A stretch of 53,099 nucleotides of DNA, taken from IMG/VR virus record IMGVR_UViG_3300005613_000084, positions 1-53,099 of that record; one strand, written 5' to 3'. Below are positions 18,051-26,089 of this stretch, piece after piece; position 1 is the stretch's first letter; every line of letters begins with the position of its first letter. Position numbers and translations under genes: made by a program. The stretch is from a virus. Lineage: Duplodnaviria > Caudoviricetes. The notes under the pieces were generated by a model. That model saw nothing but the letters and a program-made list of their open reading frames with translations. It made no database searches and was not told the origin of the DNA.

Positions 18051-19137
18051 AAAACCGCGTAACGCGAAAGACCTGCTTAACAGAGCAGAGAAATCCGGCC
18101 TGGAATTTGAGCTAAGCAGGGTTCGTGCTGATGCAGCGAAATGGCGACGGAAACATGCAGACGCCATGGCTGCCGCCAAGACTTTCGAGGCGCAGGTCAA
18201 CGCGCTTCTTGCAATCGAAGATAATCCAATCATCCAGAATTTCGAGCGACAGAAGCGGCAGAAGGGCAAATCAGAGGGCGTTGCTGCTATCGTGCCGGCC
18301 ACAGATTGGCATGTCGAGGAACGGATTGAGCCAGATCAAGTGAACTTCAAGAACGCCCACAACCTCACGCTAGCAGAGAAGAAGATCAAGCGTTTCTATG
18401 CCAAGATTTTGCGGCTACTGGATTGGCAAAACAGCTTCGCTCCAGTGACGGAGCTTTGGCACCCGCTGTTAGGCGATTTGCTCTCTGGTTACATCCACGA
18501 GGAACTTGAAGAATCGAACGAACTGAGCCCAACCGAAGCCAGTGTGTTTCTCCAGGAGATGCTTTGTTCGGGAATTGACCTGTTGTTGCGCGAGACAAAG
18601 TTGCCAATCTTCATACCGACATGCCAGGGGAACCACGGGCGCACCACTCCGCGTAAACGCATCAAGACCAGTTACAAGAACAGCTACGAATGGCTGTTGT
18701 ACATGACGCTGGCTAGATTCTACCGGCGCAATAATCGCGTCCATCTTGATGTTGGGCGAGGGTATCACAATACCCAGACAATTATGGGGCGAAAGGTTCG
18801 ATTTCATCATGGAGACGGTCTGCGTTACCAGGGTGGTGTAGGCGGAATTACGATCCCGGTAAACAAGGCGATTGCCCAATGGAATAAGGCCGGGGAAGTC
18901 GACTTTGATATCTTCGGACATTGGCACACGCACCTCGTGAACTATCCAACCTGGATTTCATGTGGATCGCTGATGGGTTACTCGGAATACTCTGTGGAGA
19001 TCAAGGCAGATTTCCAGCACCCGACGCAAACGTGGATTGTGATTGATCGCAACTACGGCCTGACGGCAGCCTTGCCTATTTTCGTAACGCAAGCCGGCAT
19101 TAACTACAAACTGAAGAAGTACAGGAGAGCATCGTGA
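18043..19137 (+). CDS. Calcineurin-like metallophosphoesterase
   Basis: DWH, LGD, GNHG, HHGD and GHWH motifs in canonical order. Confidence 0.9.
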   Translation: MSEKPRNAKDLLNRAEKSGLEFELSRVRADAAKWRRKHADAMAAAKTFEAQVNALLAIEDNPIIQNFERQKRQKGKSEGVAAIVPATDWHVEERIEPDQVNFKNAHNLTLAEKKIKRFYAKILRLLDWQNSFAPVTELWHPLLGDLLSGYIHEELEESNELSPTEASVFLQEMLCSGIDLLLRETKLPIFIPTCQGNHGRTTPRKRIKTSYKNSYEWLLYMTLARFYRRNNRVHLDVGRGYHNTQTIMGRKVRFHHGDGLRYQGGVGGITIPVNKAIAQWNKAGEVDFDIFGHWHTHLVNYPTWISCGSLMGYSEYSVEIKADFQHPTQTWIVIDRNYGLTAALPIFVTQAGINYKLKKYRRAS

Positions 19138-19619
19138 GAGAATTCGACACTGGCGCTACCCGCGACGACGACGACGACAAATTGGATTTCGAGGGTTTCC
19201 TTTCGCCGGTTGCCCTAGAGGAATACGCGAGATACCTACACAAGCATCGCCAGCAGGCCGATGGCCAGATGCGAGCGAGCGATAACTGGCAGAATGGGAT
19301 CGCGAATGACGTATATATGAAGTCAGCCTTCCGACACTTCATGGATTGGTGGAAAAGTCACCGAGGCTATGACGTTTACGACACAAAGGATGGCCATCAC
19401 GTTCACGAGGGAGAAGCTATCTGCGCGCTGATCTTCAATGCGTTTGGTTATTTGCATGAACTGCTTGTGCGAGGATATACAGAAACGAGCGAGCAGAAGG
19501 TGCTGCGGCGCAAGACTAGGACCACAGAGGAAGCACACTCCGCGAACATACTTGCGGCTTGCGACACCTGCGCTAGTGCTGGACCCTGTAACGAATGCAT
19601 CCAAGAGGAATCCCGATGA
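19134..19619 (+). CDS. dATP/dGTP diphosphohydrolase-like protein (DUF5664)
   Basis: REFDTGATRD...K, NWQNGI, SAFRH, ALIFNA. Confidence 0.75.
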   Translation: MREFDTGATRDDDDDKLDFEGFLSPVALEEYARYLHKHRQQADGQMRASDNWQNGIANDVYMKSAFRHFMDWWKSHRGYDVYDTKDGHHVHEGEAICALIFNAFGYLHELLVRGYTETSEQKVLRRKTRTTEEAHSANILAACDTCASAGPCNECIQEESR

Positions 19620-20263
19620 GCAAAATCAACCGTATTTTTCTCGACCTAGATGATGTGTGTAACATGTTCACGATGCACGCATTGAAACGACTCGGCTGCC
19701 CCGTAGAGGCCGACCAGCTAGAAGCTTTCGATCCCGCGTGGGGTTTCGATCTAGCGAGGGCCGCGAGTGCCCTACACCCAGAGCGTGAGTTCACGCCGCA
19801 AGAGTTATGGGCACAACTGAAAGGCCCATCAGTCTGGGCCGACGCGCCAGAGTCGCCAGAGTTCCGGCCGCTTTTGGCAATATGCAAGGCGATAGTTGGA
19901 CTGGAGAACACCTACTTTCTGACAACCCCCGTTGATGATCCACACTGTTCACAAGGCAAGCATCAATGGATTCTGGAGCATGCGCCAGAGGAGATGCACC
20001 GGAACTTTTTCATCACCCCCAATAAGCAGCTTCTCGCGCGCCCGGAATGCCTCCTAATTGACGATAGCGACAGTAATATCGAGGCTTTTCGTGGATGTGA
20101 CGGAGAGGCTATCACGCTACCGCGGCCGTGGAATAGCAAACACGAGTTCTTCGGGGCGCCCCTGGAGCATGTATATAGTGCAATAAGCCGTGTTCCCGAC
20201 CATTATCAGCAAAGGTCTCTCATTCAGCACCTAGTCAAGGGCATAGATACGAGGGCCGTATGA
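19616..20263 (+). CDS. HAD-family 5'(3')-deoxyribonucleotidase-like protein
   Basis: IFLDLDDV motif I, FLTTP, K..W, LLIDD, PWN. Confidence 0.85.
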   Translation: MSKINRIFLDLDDVCNMFTMHALKRLGCPVEADQLEAFDPAWGFDLARAASALHPEREFTPQELWAQLKGPSVWADAPESPEFRPLLAICKAIVGLENTYFLTTPVDDPHCSQGKHQWILEHAPEEMHRNFFITPNKQLLARPECLLIDDSDSNIEAFRGCDGEAITLPRPWNSKHEFFGAPLEHVYSAISRVPDHYQQRSLIQHLVKGIDTRAV

Positions 20264-20829
20264 CCGGGGCTTTTGCGTGGATTGGCCGGCTGGCCGAATG
20301 GATCGGGCAATGGATTCCGCAAGTGAAGCACCTGGAATGTACAGACATTGCCGTGACGATCACCCGGGGCTCTGTAGTGAGAGTGCGGAGCCCCGGGTTG
20401 GTGGTTCTCTGGCCGTTCTGGACCTCGTATTACTGCCGGCCAGGGAATATCCAAACATGCATCCCACCGACCAAGACACTCACGACCGCAGACGGGCGAA
20501 CCGTAGTGGCCGGCGTGATGGTACGATACGAGTTCGACCGAAGCGAGGAATCCGTGGTCCGGGCCCTGATCGAAACGGATAGTGTTGAAGACTCGCTCGC
20601 TGATGAGGTGTGCGCTGTGCTTTGCGCGCTCATAACAAGTAAGACGTTCAGTGAGCTAATGGAAGACCGCACGGCAATCAACCGCTCACTAACTGGCCGG
20701 ATTAGTACCCAACTTTCACAGTATGGGGTGCGCGTGCTCCGGGCGCAGTTGGCCGACCTAGGGCAGTGCATCAACCTGAACCACACCGGGGGTCGCCCTG
20801 GCGTCAATTACGAGGAGGATGAGGAGTGA
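20260..20829 (+). CDS. SPFH/Band 7 domain protein
   Basis: PGLVVLWPFW, TLTTADG..V, YGVRVLRAQLAD. Confidence 0.8.
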   Translation: MTGAFAWIGRLAEWIGQWIPQVKHLECTDIAVTITRGSVVRVRSPGLVVLWPFWTSYYCRPGNIQTCIPPTKTLTTADGRTVVAGVMVRYEFDRSEESVVRALIETDSVEDSLADEVCAVLCALITSKTFSELMEDRTAINRSLTGRISTQLSQYGVRVLRAQLADLGQCINLNHTGGRPGVNYEEDEE

Positions 20830-21044
20830 TTTCAGAAGAGGCAATTAAGCGTCTTGCGTGCGAGCAGCTAGGCGAAGAGGGGGTAGATTGGCGCTTCGAG
20901 AAAAATGGGACGCGATATAGGATCGTTGCCCCTTGTTTCCTATACCAATTCGTCTCAATCGATCCGCATAGACATGATGAGCAAGAAATCAAGAGACAAA
21001 TCCAATCGCTTACAGACCGAGAAATGAAACAATTGCCATTTTAG
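20826..21044 (+). CDS. Hypothetical protein, tandem paralog of 21057..21299
   Basis: EAIKRLACEQLGEEGVDW vs EALARKLANKELGVEGTDW. Confidence 0.6.
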   Translation: MISEEAIKRLACEQLGEEGVDWRFEKNGTRYRIVAPCFLYQFVSIDPHRHDEQEIKRQIQSLTDREMKQLPF

Positions 21045-21056
21045 GGAGAATGAGGA

Positions 21057-21299
21057 ATGAGCGTTGAAGCACTCGCCAGAAAGCTAGCCAATAAAGAGCT
21101 TGGCGTCGAGGGGACAGACTGGTTTATGGCCCCAGAAAGAGGGCACGAAAAAGTCATGTTCCGAATCACAACGCCAACTAACCAGCACGGAGCGCTATTT
21201 GACCTACGCGAAACACACGACAGCAGGAGTAAGCTGGGATTCTTTAATTTCCAACTTCGCTTACGCAGCCTCAAGGAACATAAATGCAACATCGACTAA
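21057..21299 (+). CDS. Hypothetical protein, tandem paralog of 20826..21044
   Basis: RBS upstream; shared N-terminal motif. Confidence 0.6.
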   Translation: MSVEALARKLANKELGVEGTDWFMAPERGHEKVMFRITTPTNQHGALFDLRETHDSRSKLGFFNFQLRLRSLKEHKCNID

Positions 21300-22042
21300 T
21301 CGAAGGCGACTGTCTAAAAGTTCTGGCAACCCTCCCAAGAGCCACTTGCCTTTTCGCAGACCCGCCGGACAACATTGGTCTGAAATACGCAGAAGGAAAC
21401 GACAAGCTACCTGACCGTAAGTACCTAGCTCAATTCGAGCGCTGGCTATATCAGTTCATTCGCTTAGCAGATATCGTATGGGTGAGCTATAATGCGAAAT
21501 GGTTCATACAAGTCGGTGCGATACTTGACCAAATGTTGAACCTTTTCCGCTGGCTCAAGGCTCGGCAATGCGTTCAGACCTTCACCTTTGGACAACACCA
21601 ACAAACGACGCTCAGCAACAACTACCGCCCCTTGCTTTTACTGCATCGCGAAGACGCGCAATTTTACCCCGACCAAATTCGCATTCAATCCCAGAGACAA
21701 AAGAATGGCGACAAGCGAGCCGACCCGAGAGGCCGAGTGCCCGGTGATGTGTTCGATTTCCCCCGAGTGGTGGGCAACTCTAAGCAGCGCCGATCTTGGT
21801 GCCCTACACAGCTTAACGAGGGCCTTATCGAGAGATGCATTCGGTTCTCTACGGCCGATTCCAAAACAGACACCGTTATTGATCCTTTCGCTGGAACAGG
21901 GACCACTTTACGTGTATGCCAGAGAAGAAATCGTGAATGCATCCTGATAGAGAAGAGCAGCGCCTATTGTTCAGAGATCGCAAAAGAACACGCCCTAGAG
22001 ATCGAAAGACCCCTAGGACGTGCAGGGAATGCAGTAGTATGA
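21284..22042 (+). CDS. N6-adenine/N4-cytosine DNA methyltransferase (beta class), variant DPPD motif
   Basis: IEGDCL, FADPPD (usually DPPY), VIDPFAGTGTT, ILIEK. Confidence 0.85.
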   Translation: MQHRLIEGDCLKVLATLPRATCLFADPPDNIGLKYAEGNDKLPDRKYLAQFERWLYQFIRLADIVWVSYNAKWFIQVGAILDQMLNLFRWLKARQCVQTFTFGQHQQTTLSNNYRPLLLLHREDAQFYPDQIRIQSQRQKNGDKRADPRGRVPGDVFDFPRVVGNSKQRRSWCPTQLNEGLIERCIRFSTADSKTDTVIDPFAGTGTTLRVCQRRNRECILIEKSSAYCSEIAKEHALEIERPLGRAGNAVV

Positions 22043-22104
22043 TGGTGCGCGTTGGGCAGTTCTTGATCTGTCCTAACGCTGATTGGGCTGGGCGGTGTGG
22101 GAAA

Positions 22105-22695
22105 CTATTCCCCCTCCGGTTCCTCTAGGTCCGGCGGATTCAACGTGGTGCCACACGGACACACCGGCAGGCCAACCTCCAACCACTTCTGCGTTGTGCG
22201 CACCGTATATCCACAGTCTGCACACTCCAATTTCTTCATGCGAGTTGTCTGTGTCTTCGGCGCGTTGCTGTAGTCTAGCTGGGCGTGCGGATACTTGCCG
22301 ATCCCTTTCGTGATTCCCTTGAGCGTGGCTTTCAGTTCGTCACTTGCTGTTGTGTCAGTCATTCTGCCCTTTAACCCCACTGCCCTGGCCAGCGCGCCGA
22401 AGCGTTTACCATGCTTCTGGTCGATCCCGACCGCGCAGTGAACCAACTCGTGAACAAGCACAGCCGCTACTTCGATTGGATCATCAAGCAGGGGGGAGAT
22501 GAAGACCTCAAAGCTCCCATCCGCACTTTGCTTACTGCACCACGCCTCCCCGATTCGTTTGCGATGCTTCGCTAAGGCTGACTTAGACGGCCAGGAGCAC
22601 GAGGCCCGGACCTTCCTGGGGACCGGCTGTCCAGCTTCACGGAATACCGGGCGAAGGGCACTAATACACTCTGATAGCCATTTCTCTCGGTTCAT
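22105..22695 (-). CDS. SprT-like zinc metalloprotease
   Basis: LVHELVH...HGKRF and C-terminal CADC...CPC zinc ribbon. Confidence 0.85.
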   Translation of the reverse strand: MNREKWLSECISALRPVFREAGQPVPRKVRASCSWPSKSALAKHRKRIGEAWCSKQSADGSFEVFISPLLDDPIEVAAVLVHELVHCAVGIDQKHGKRFGALARAVGLKGRMTDTTASDELKATLKGITKGIGKYPHAQLDYSNAPKTQTTRMKKLECADCGYTVRTTQKWLEVGLPVCPCGTTLNPPDLEEPEGE

Positions 22696-23123
22696 CGCTT
22701 GCCTTTCTCTGTTACTTCACGTTTCCTCTTAACCCAGCGCCGGCCACACACTGACGCTAGACACCGTTCGTTTCGCTGCGCGATACTCCTAAATAGCGGG
22801 TGATTGATTGTATCTAGCAAATACAACTCGTGCAGTTCAATCGCGATAGCGAGCAACTTCTTGCTTTCGCGCTGGGCCCGAAGCTCATACAGCAACGGCC
22901 CGCGGGTGTGAGTCGGCAGTTGGGTGTTACCACACACTGGACAGCGCTTCTCAAGCCTTCTCCGCCGCGCTTCGGCTCGCCCCTCCGCTTGCTTGGCGTT
23001 GAAACAGCGTTTACACACCGCCGCTATTCGCCGTGCACCTCCAGGCCGCGCCGGGCCCTTGAATGCAAAACACTCAATCGGCCTGGCCTCAAAACAGTTA
23101 GAGCAGATTTTGCGCTCAACCAT
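22692..23123 (-). CDS. Zinc-finger protein
   Basis: CSNC, CKRC, CPVC; N-terminus resembles 8874..9284. Confidence 0.65.
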   Translation of the reverse strand: MVERKICSNCFEARPIECFAFKGPARPGGARRIAAVCKRCFNAKQAEGRAEARRRRLEKRCPVCGNTQLPTHTRGPLLYELRAQRESKKLLAIAIELHELYLLDTINHPLFRSIAQRNERCLASVCGRRWVKRKREVTEKGKR

Positions 23124-23337
23124 TGGCTAACTCCCCGAAGGTTCTCAGCACGATTTCCCTGCGCTCTGGCGGACCATCGGCCAGGTAGAGCAAGATGCCG
23201 GCCAGTAGGTGGGCCGTCATTGGGGTGAAGTCGATCGCCTCCAGCCGCTTTTTGTAGCGGTTGTAGCGCTGTGCCGCGGGATTACCGCGGGGACGCTTAG
23301 CTTTGCGACTCGGGAGTGGGTTGGTTGGGATTTTCAT
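23116..23337 (-). CDS. Hypothetical basic protein
   Basis: Overlaps neighbours at both ends within the operon. Confidence 0.6.
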   Translation of the reverse strand: MKIPTNPLPSRKAKRPRGNPAAQRYNRYKKRLEAIDFTPMTAHLLAGILLYLADGPPERREIVLRTFGELANG

Positions 23338-23504
23338 ACAATCACCCCCCCTACCTGAAGGCGAAACGGCTCGCCTTCATGCGGGCCGCTCGTGATTACC
23401 CCACACATGAATAGTCTCCCATCTTCCTCGATAACGTCCATAATTTGCAGGGCGTAATCACCCGGGGGCATACTGTCGATGGTGTGTACTACAGGTTTAG
23501 TCAT
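23334..23504 (-). CDS. 56-aa protein resembling the N-terminal half of DUF669 SSB
   Basis: Starts at a linker repeat; MTKPVVHTIDSMPPGDYALQIMDVIEEDGRLFMCGVITSGPHEGEPFRLQVGGVIV; ATGA overlap with the next gene. Not in the ORF track. Confidence 0.7.
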   Translation of the reverse strand: MTKPVVHTIDSMPPGDYALQIMDVIEEDGRLFMCGVITSGPHEGEPFRLQVGGVIV

Positions 23505-23713
23505 TGCTTGCCTTTCTCTGGTGCTTCAAGTTTCGCTAATACCCTCCGACAGCGGCTACACGTTGGTCTGCGCAGTCGTGTTTCACGTGGATTCAGAATG
23601 AAAGTTCCGCAGAGTGTGTCCAGCAGGTTTCCGTCTGCGCTCCTGTCTTGGTCGAGGGCGCAGCACCAGTCCTTTTTGCCCACTTTACGGGCGCACCACA
23701 CTTTATTACTCAT
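23501..23713 (-). CDS. Small Cys-rich protein (70 aa)
   Basis: Starts at a linker repeat (MSNKVWC...); TLCG...PTCSRC; ends in linker-encoded EAPEKGKQ. Confidence 0.7.
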   Translation of the reverse strand: MSNKVWCARKVGKKDWCCALDQDRSADGNLLDTLCGTFILNPRETRLRRPTCSRCRRVLAKLEAPEKGKQ

Positions 23714-24044
23714 TGCTTGTCTTTCTCTGGTGCTTATACTGTCTGATTCTGGCACAATTACCCGATGATTTACAATAGGTACCGTGGTAGCGCAGACCGT
23801 TGATTGCGTGAACGTCAATCGGCACGCGCACTCCGCCAAAGTTATCCCGGTACTCGCGACCGAAACATACGCTCCCTAGCCGCTCTCCAGTCCAGGTAGT
23901 TGCCCTTTGGTTCTCTTTGTCGATATAGAGAGAGTATCGGTCTGGTTTGTCGCGCAGAAACTCGTACACTTCTACGGCGCTGATTTCATCATTCGACTGG
24001 CGATCAATTCGTGCGCGAATTGCCTTATACTCGGTCTCAGTCAT
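23706..24044 (-). CDS. Hypothetical phage protein
   Basis: Starts at a linker repeat; TTWTGERLG motif. Confidence 0.75.
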   Translation of the reverse strand: MTETEYKAIRARIDRQSNDEISAVEVYEFLRDKPDRYSLYIDKENQRATTWTGERLGSVCFGREYRDNFGGVRVPIDVHAINGLRYHGTYCKSSGNCARIRQYKHQRKTSNE

Positions 24045-24226
24045 TGCTTGCCTTTCTCTGGTGCTTCACAGGTGACGAACCCGGCGCGGTCCTCATATTT
24101 CAGGGTGCGCTCCATTCCGCGCCGGTCACTCTCTGCTTCAGCCTGAGTGTGATACGGCCCGCAAGGCTCGACACCCTGTAAGCCGACCACCCACCAGCCG
24201 TCCGCACGTTGTTCGGCCCTGGACAT
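24041..24226 (-). CDS. Hypothetical phage protein
   Basis: GWW...GPYHTQAEAE; ends in linker-encoded EAPEKGKQ. Confidence 0.7.
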   Translation of the reverse strand: MSRAEQRADGWWVVGLQGVEPCGPYHTQAEAESDRRGMERTLKYEDRAGFVTCEAPEKGKQ

Positions 24227-24477
24227 TAGACTGCTGCCTTTGCTTTTTCCTTCTGGCCACTAATCGAGCCATCATACAGAATCCGATTCGTGCCAAAGCC
24301 GCCCCATCGAATTAAAGCGACTTCAACGCAATCCACGCCGTCCTGGTCGACGTAGGCTGTACAGCGAACCGCGCCCGACCACGAGGCGCACTGCGTCACC
24401 ATGCCGGAGTTTTTTGACCCCAGTCGGGTTGCTCGTGTCCTTGCCTTGCCCGTTGCGGTACCATAAAAACGTGCCAT
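24226..24477 (-). CDS. Hypothetical phage protein
   Basis: GGAGA RBS; MARFYGT...ATRLG; TAATG coupling. Confidence 0.7.
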   Translation of the reverse strand: MARFYGTATGKARTRATRLGSKNSGMVTQCASWSGAVRCTAYVDQDGVDCVEVALIRWGGFGTNRILYDGSISGQKEKAKAAV

Positions 24478-24507
24478 CGGTGCATTCTCCAGGGTGTGAA
24501 ACAGAAA

Positions 24508-24915
24508 TCAGCCAATGTGCAGCCGGCCATCATCGCCAACCACAACCCAACACTCGCCGAACGCCTTGCAGGCTTCCGTAAGCTTGTCGCCCACTTCACC
24601 CAACTCCCGATCCCAGAAACCGGCCCCATGGCTATGTCGCGTCAACCAGAAATCATGCCCAGCCATTTCGTCGTCTGAGAATTCGTCATTGTTGTAGTGT
24701 GCCTTTTGCAGAAGCGCTGCATTCTCGGCTTGGAACTTCCGGCAATCCGTGATTGCCCTCTTAATCGCTTCTGGCGTGAAGTCGTCAAGCCCGTAGTTGC
24801 TGTCAAGCGGTACTCCGCCTGATTCGTCTGCGTTGTCGGTCTCTGCCCATAACGCACACTCCAGGTACGCAATTGTGAATGCGCCGAGGTCAGTGGGTGT
24901 AAGGGTGTCGTTCAT
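24508..24915 (-). CDS. Hypothetical acidic phage protein
   Basis: AYLECALW...AGHDFWLTRHSHGAGFWDR; starts at a partial linker. Confidence 0.75.
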   Translation of the reverse strand: MNDTLTPTDLGAFTIAYLECALWAETDNADESGGVPLDSNYGLDDFTPEAIKRAITDCRKFQAENAALLQKAHYNNDEFSDDEMAGHDFWLTRHSHGAGFWDRELGEVGDKLTEACKAFGECWVVVGDDGRLHIG

Positions 24916-25082
24916 TGTTGCTTGCCTTCTGTCTTATTGTCGTGGGTTCGCAGTCCACGGCCTACCATCTGTGAGTAGAGCCCAGCACACGCACGGCAAT
25001 AATAGGTGCGCTCGCCCGACTTCCGGTTGACTACAGTGTGCCGCACGCGCGGTCGACCACAATTCACACAAACCTTTGCCAT
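24912..25082 (-). CDS. 56-aa zinc-ribbon protein fused to a helicase motif VI peptide
   Basis: MAKVCVNCGRPRVRHTVVNRKSGERTYYCRACAGLYSQMVGRGLRTHDNKTEGKQQ; linker repeat at the start and ATGA overlap at the end. Not in the ORF track. Confidence 0.75.
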   Translation of the reverse strand: MAKVCVNCGRPRVRHTVVNRKSGERTYYCRACAGLYSQMVGRGLRTHDNKTEGKQQ

Positions 25083-25183
25083 CGTTACTTGCCTTTCTCT
25101 GGTGCTTAACGGAAACGAGTAAAATCGAGCCCCCGCCCGGGAGGCGAACCCCGGTTACGCAATTGCGGGTGAGGGGGGGCTAG

Positions 25184-25459
25184 TCAGAATGCAGTTGTGC
25201 CCCAACTGCGCAGCCGGAACGGGATACGCTTAGCTGTGGCCTTGATATGACTGTGCCTGCTGTTATCAATGCCACATTTTGCCTGCGCGATTGCCTCATT
25301 GTGGTCTGCGGCAAGGACGAACACGCGCGATTTCACGCCCTCATATCGCAAGGTGACGCGCCACAAGTGCATCTCGCGTCCCTCGCGAGTAAGGGCGTAG
25401 GTGTAATCGTCGCGCTCTGTGACATGTAGCGTGGCTTCCGGTGTGGTCAAGGTCTTCAT
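25184..25459 (-). CDS. Hypothetical protein
   Basis: GGAGA RBS before ATG 25459 (MKTLTTPE...). Confidence 0.65.
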   Translation of the reverse strand: MKTLTTPEATLHVTERDDYTYALTREGREMHLWRVTLRYEGVKSRVFVLAADHNEAIAQAKCGIDNSRHSHIKATAKRIPFRLRSWGTTAF

Positions 25460-25461
25460 AG

Positions 25462-25596
25462 TCAGTTCTCCAATCCACAAGGGCGGTAGTCCGGGCGCTG
25501 CATGGCGCGCCAGATGATGCGCTTCATGCGTGCTTGTTCTCGTGCTTGGCTGTCCATGGTGAGCACCTTACGTAGCCGACGGAGTAGCTTGCTCAT
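25462..25596 (-). CDS. Small basic protein (44 aa)
   Basis: GAGGGGA RBS; MSKLLRRLRKVLTMDSQARE...; fills the operon gap. Confidence 0.5.
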   Translation of the reverse strand: MSKLLRRLRKVLTMDSQAREQARMKRIIWRAMQRPDYRPCGLEN

Positions 25597-25608
25597 TGCG
25601 ATCCCCTC

Positions 25609-25836
25609 TCAGAGTGAGTTGTACTTGGATGGGGAGAATTCGAGTGAGAAGCAAAGCCAGTGCACATACAGCGAAGCTGGCCAGCGAGACGTAACAACTG
25701 GCAGCCACAGCACGCGCGATTTCTGCCAGAAGTACAGCCAGACGCAACGCACTCGTCCCCGGCGCCCGCGCCACTCGATAGACCATTCATGTAGGCCACT
25801 ATCGTAAGCAGTGAAGTGAGAATGGTGGAATCTCAT
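25609..25836 (-). CDS. Hypothetical Trp-rich protein
   Basis: ATGA-coupled to the upstream gene. Confidence 0.5.
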   Translation of the reverse strand: MRFHHSHFTAYDSGLHEWSIEWRGRRGRVRCVWLYFWQKSRVLWLPVVTSRWPASLYVHWLCFSLEFSPSKYNSL

Positions 25837-26012
25837 TGCGTCACCCCCAGGAAAGAGACGATGGCCAGACCGTCTGGCCGGAGATAGACAGCCGGCTGCG
25901 ATCCACCGCGGGTGAATCGCCGGTAGACTTCGCTGATTGTCAATGGTTCGGCCGGTCGGGCGACCAGCACGCGTCGACCAAGCTCGACTCGGATAGTGTG
26001 GGCGAGGTCCAT
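25833..26012 (-). CDS. First gene of the leftward (early) operon, hypothetical
   Basis: GGAGGA RBS before ATG 26012 (MDLAHTIRV...), just downstream of a near-consensus promoter. Confidence 0.6.
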   Translation of the reverse strand: MDLAHTIRVELGRRVLVARPAEPLTISEVYRRFTRGGSQPAVYLRPDGLAIVSFLGVTQ

Positions 26013-26060
26013 GGTTAGTCCTCCGGTCGTGTGTGTGCCCCGATTGATCGGTCTACATGA

Positions 26061-26089
26061 AGTGTAAACGCGCACATATATACTGTCAA
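26061..26089 (-). promoter_or_regulatory. Near-consensus sigma70 promoter for the leftward operon
   Basis: Minus strand TTGACA (26089-26084), 17 bp, TACACT (26066-26061). Confidence 0.8.

Larger units (their letters stand above)
22693..25107 (-). repeat. Six dispersed copies of a start-associated linker, consensus (G)AAGCACCAGAGAAAGGCAAGCAATG
   Basis: Copies at 22693-22718, 23502-23527, 23711-23735, 24042-24067, 24913-24935 (partial) and 25080-25107, each ending in a start codon. 23499-23528 and 24039-24068 are identical over 30 nt. Confidence 0.9.

Noticed and set aside
19134-19619. Z-genome (2-aminoadenine) or 7-deazaguanine modification pathway
   Set aside because: No PurZ, QueC/D/E, FolE or DpdA-like genes are recognisable.
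22693-25107. CRISPR array interpretation of the ~26-nt repeats
   Set aside because: Spacing is irregular (167-871 nt), the intervening DNA is protein-coding, the repeats are not palindromic, and no cas operon is present.
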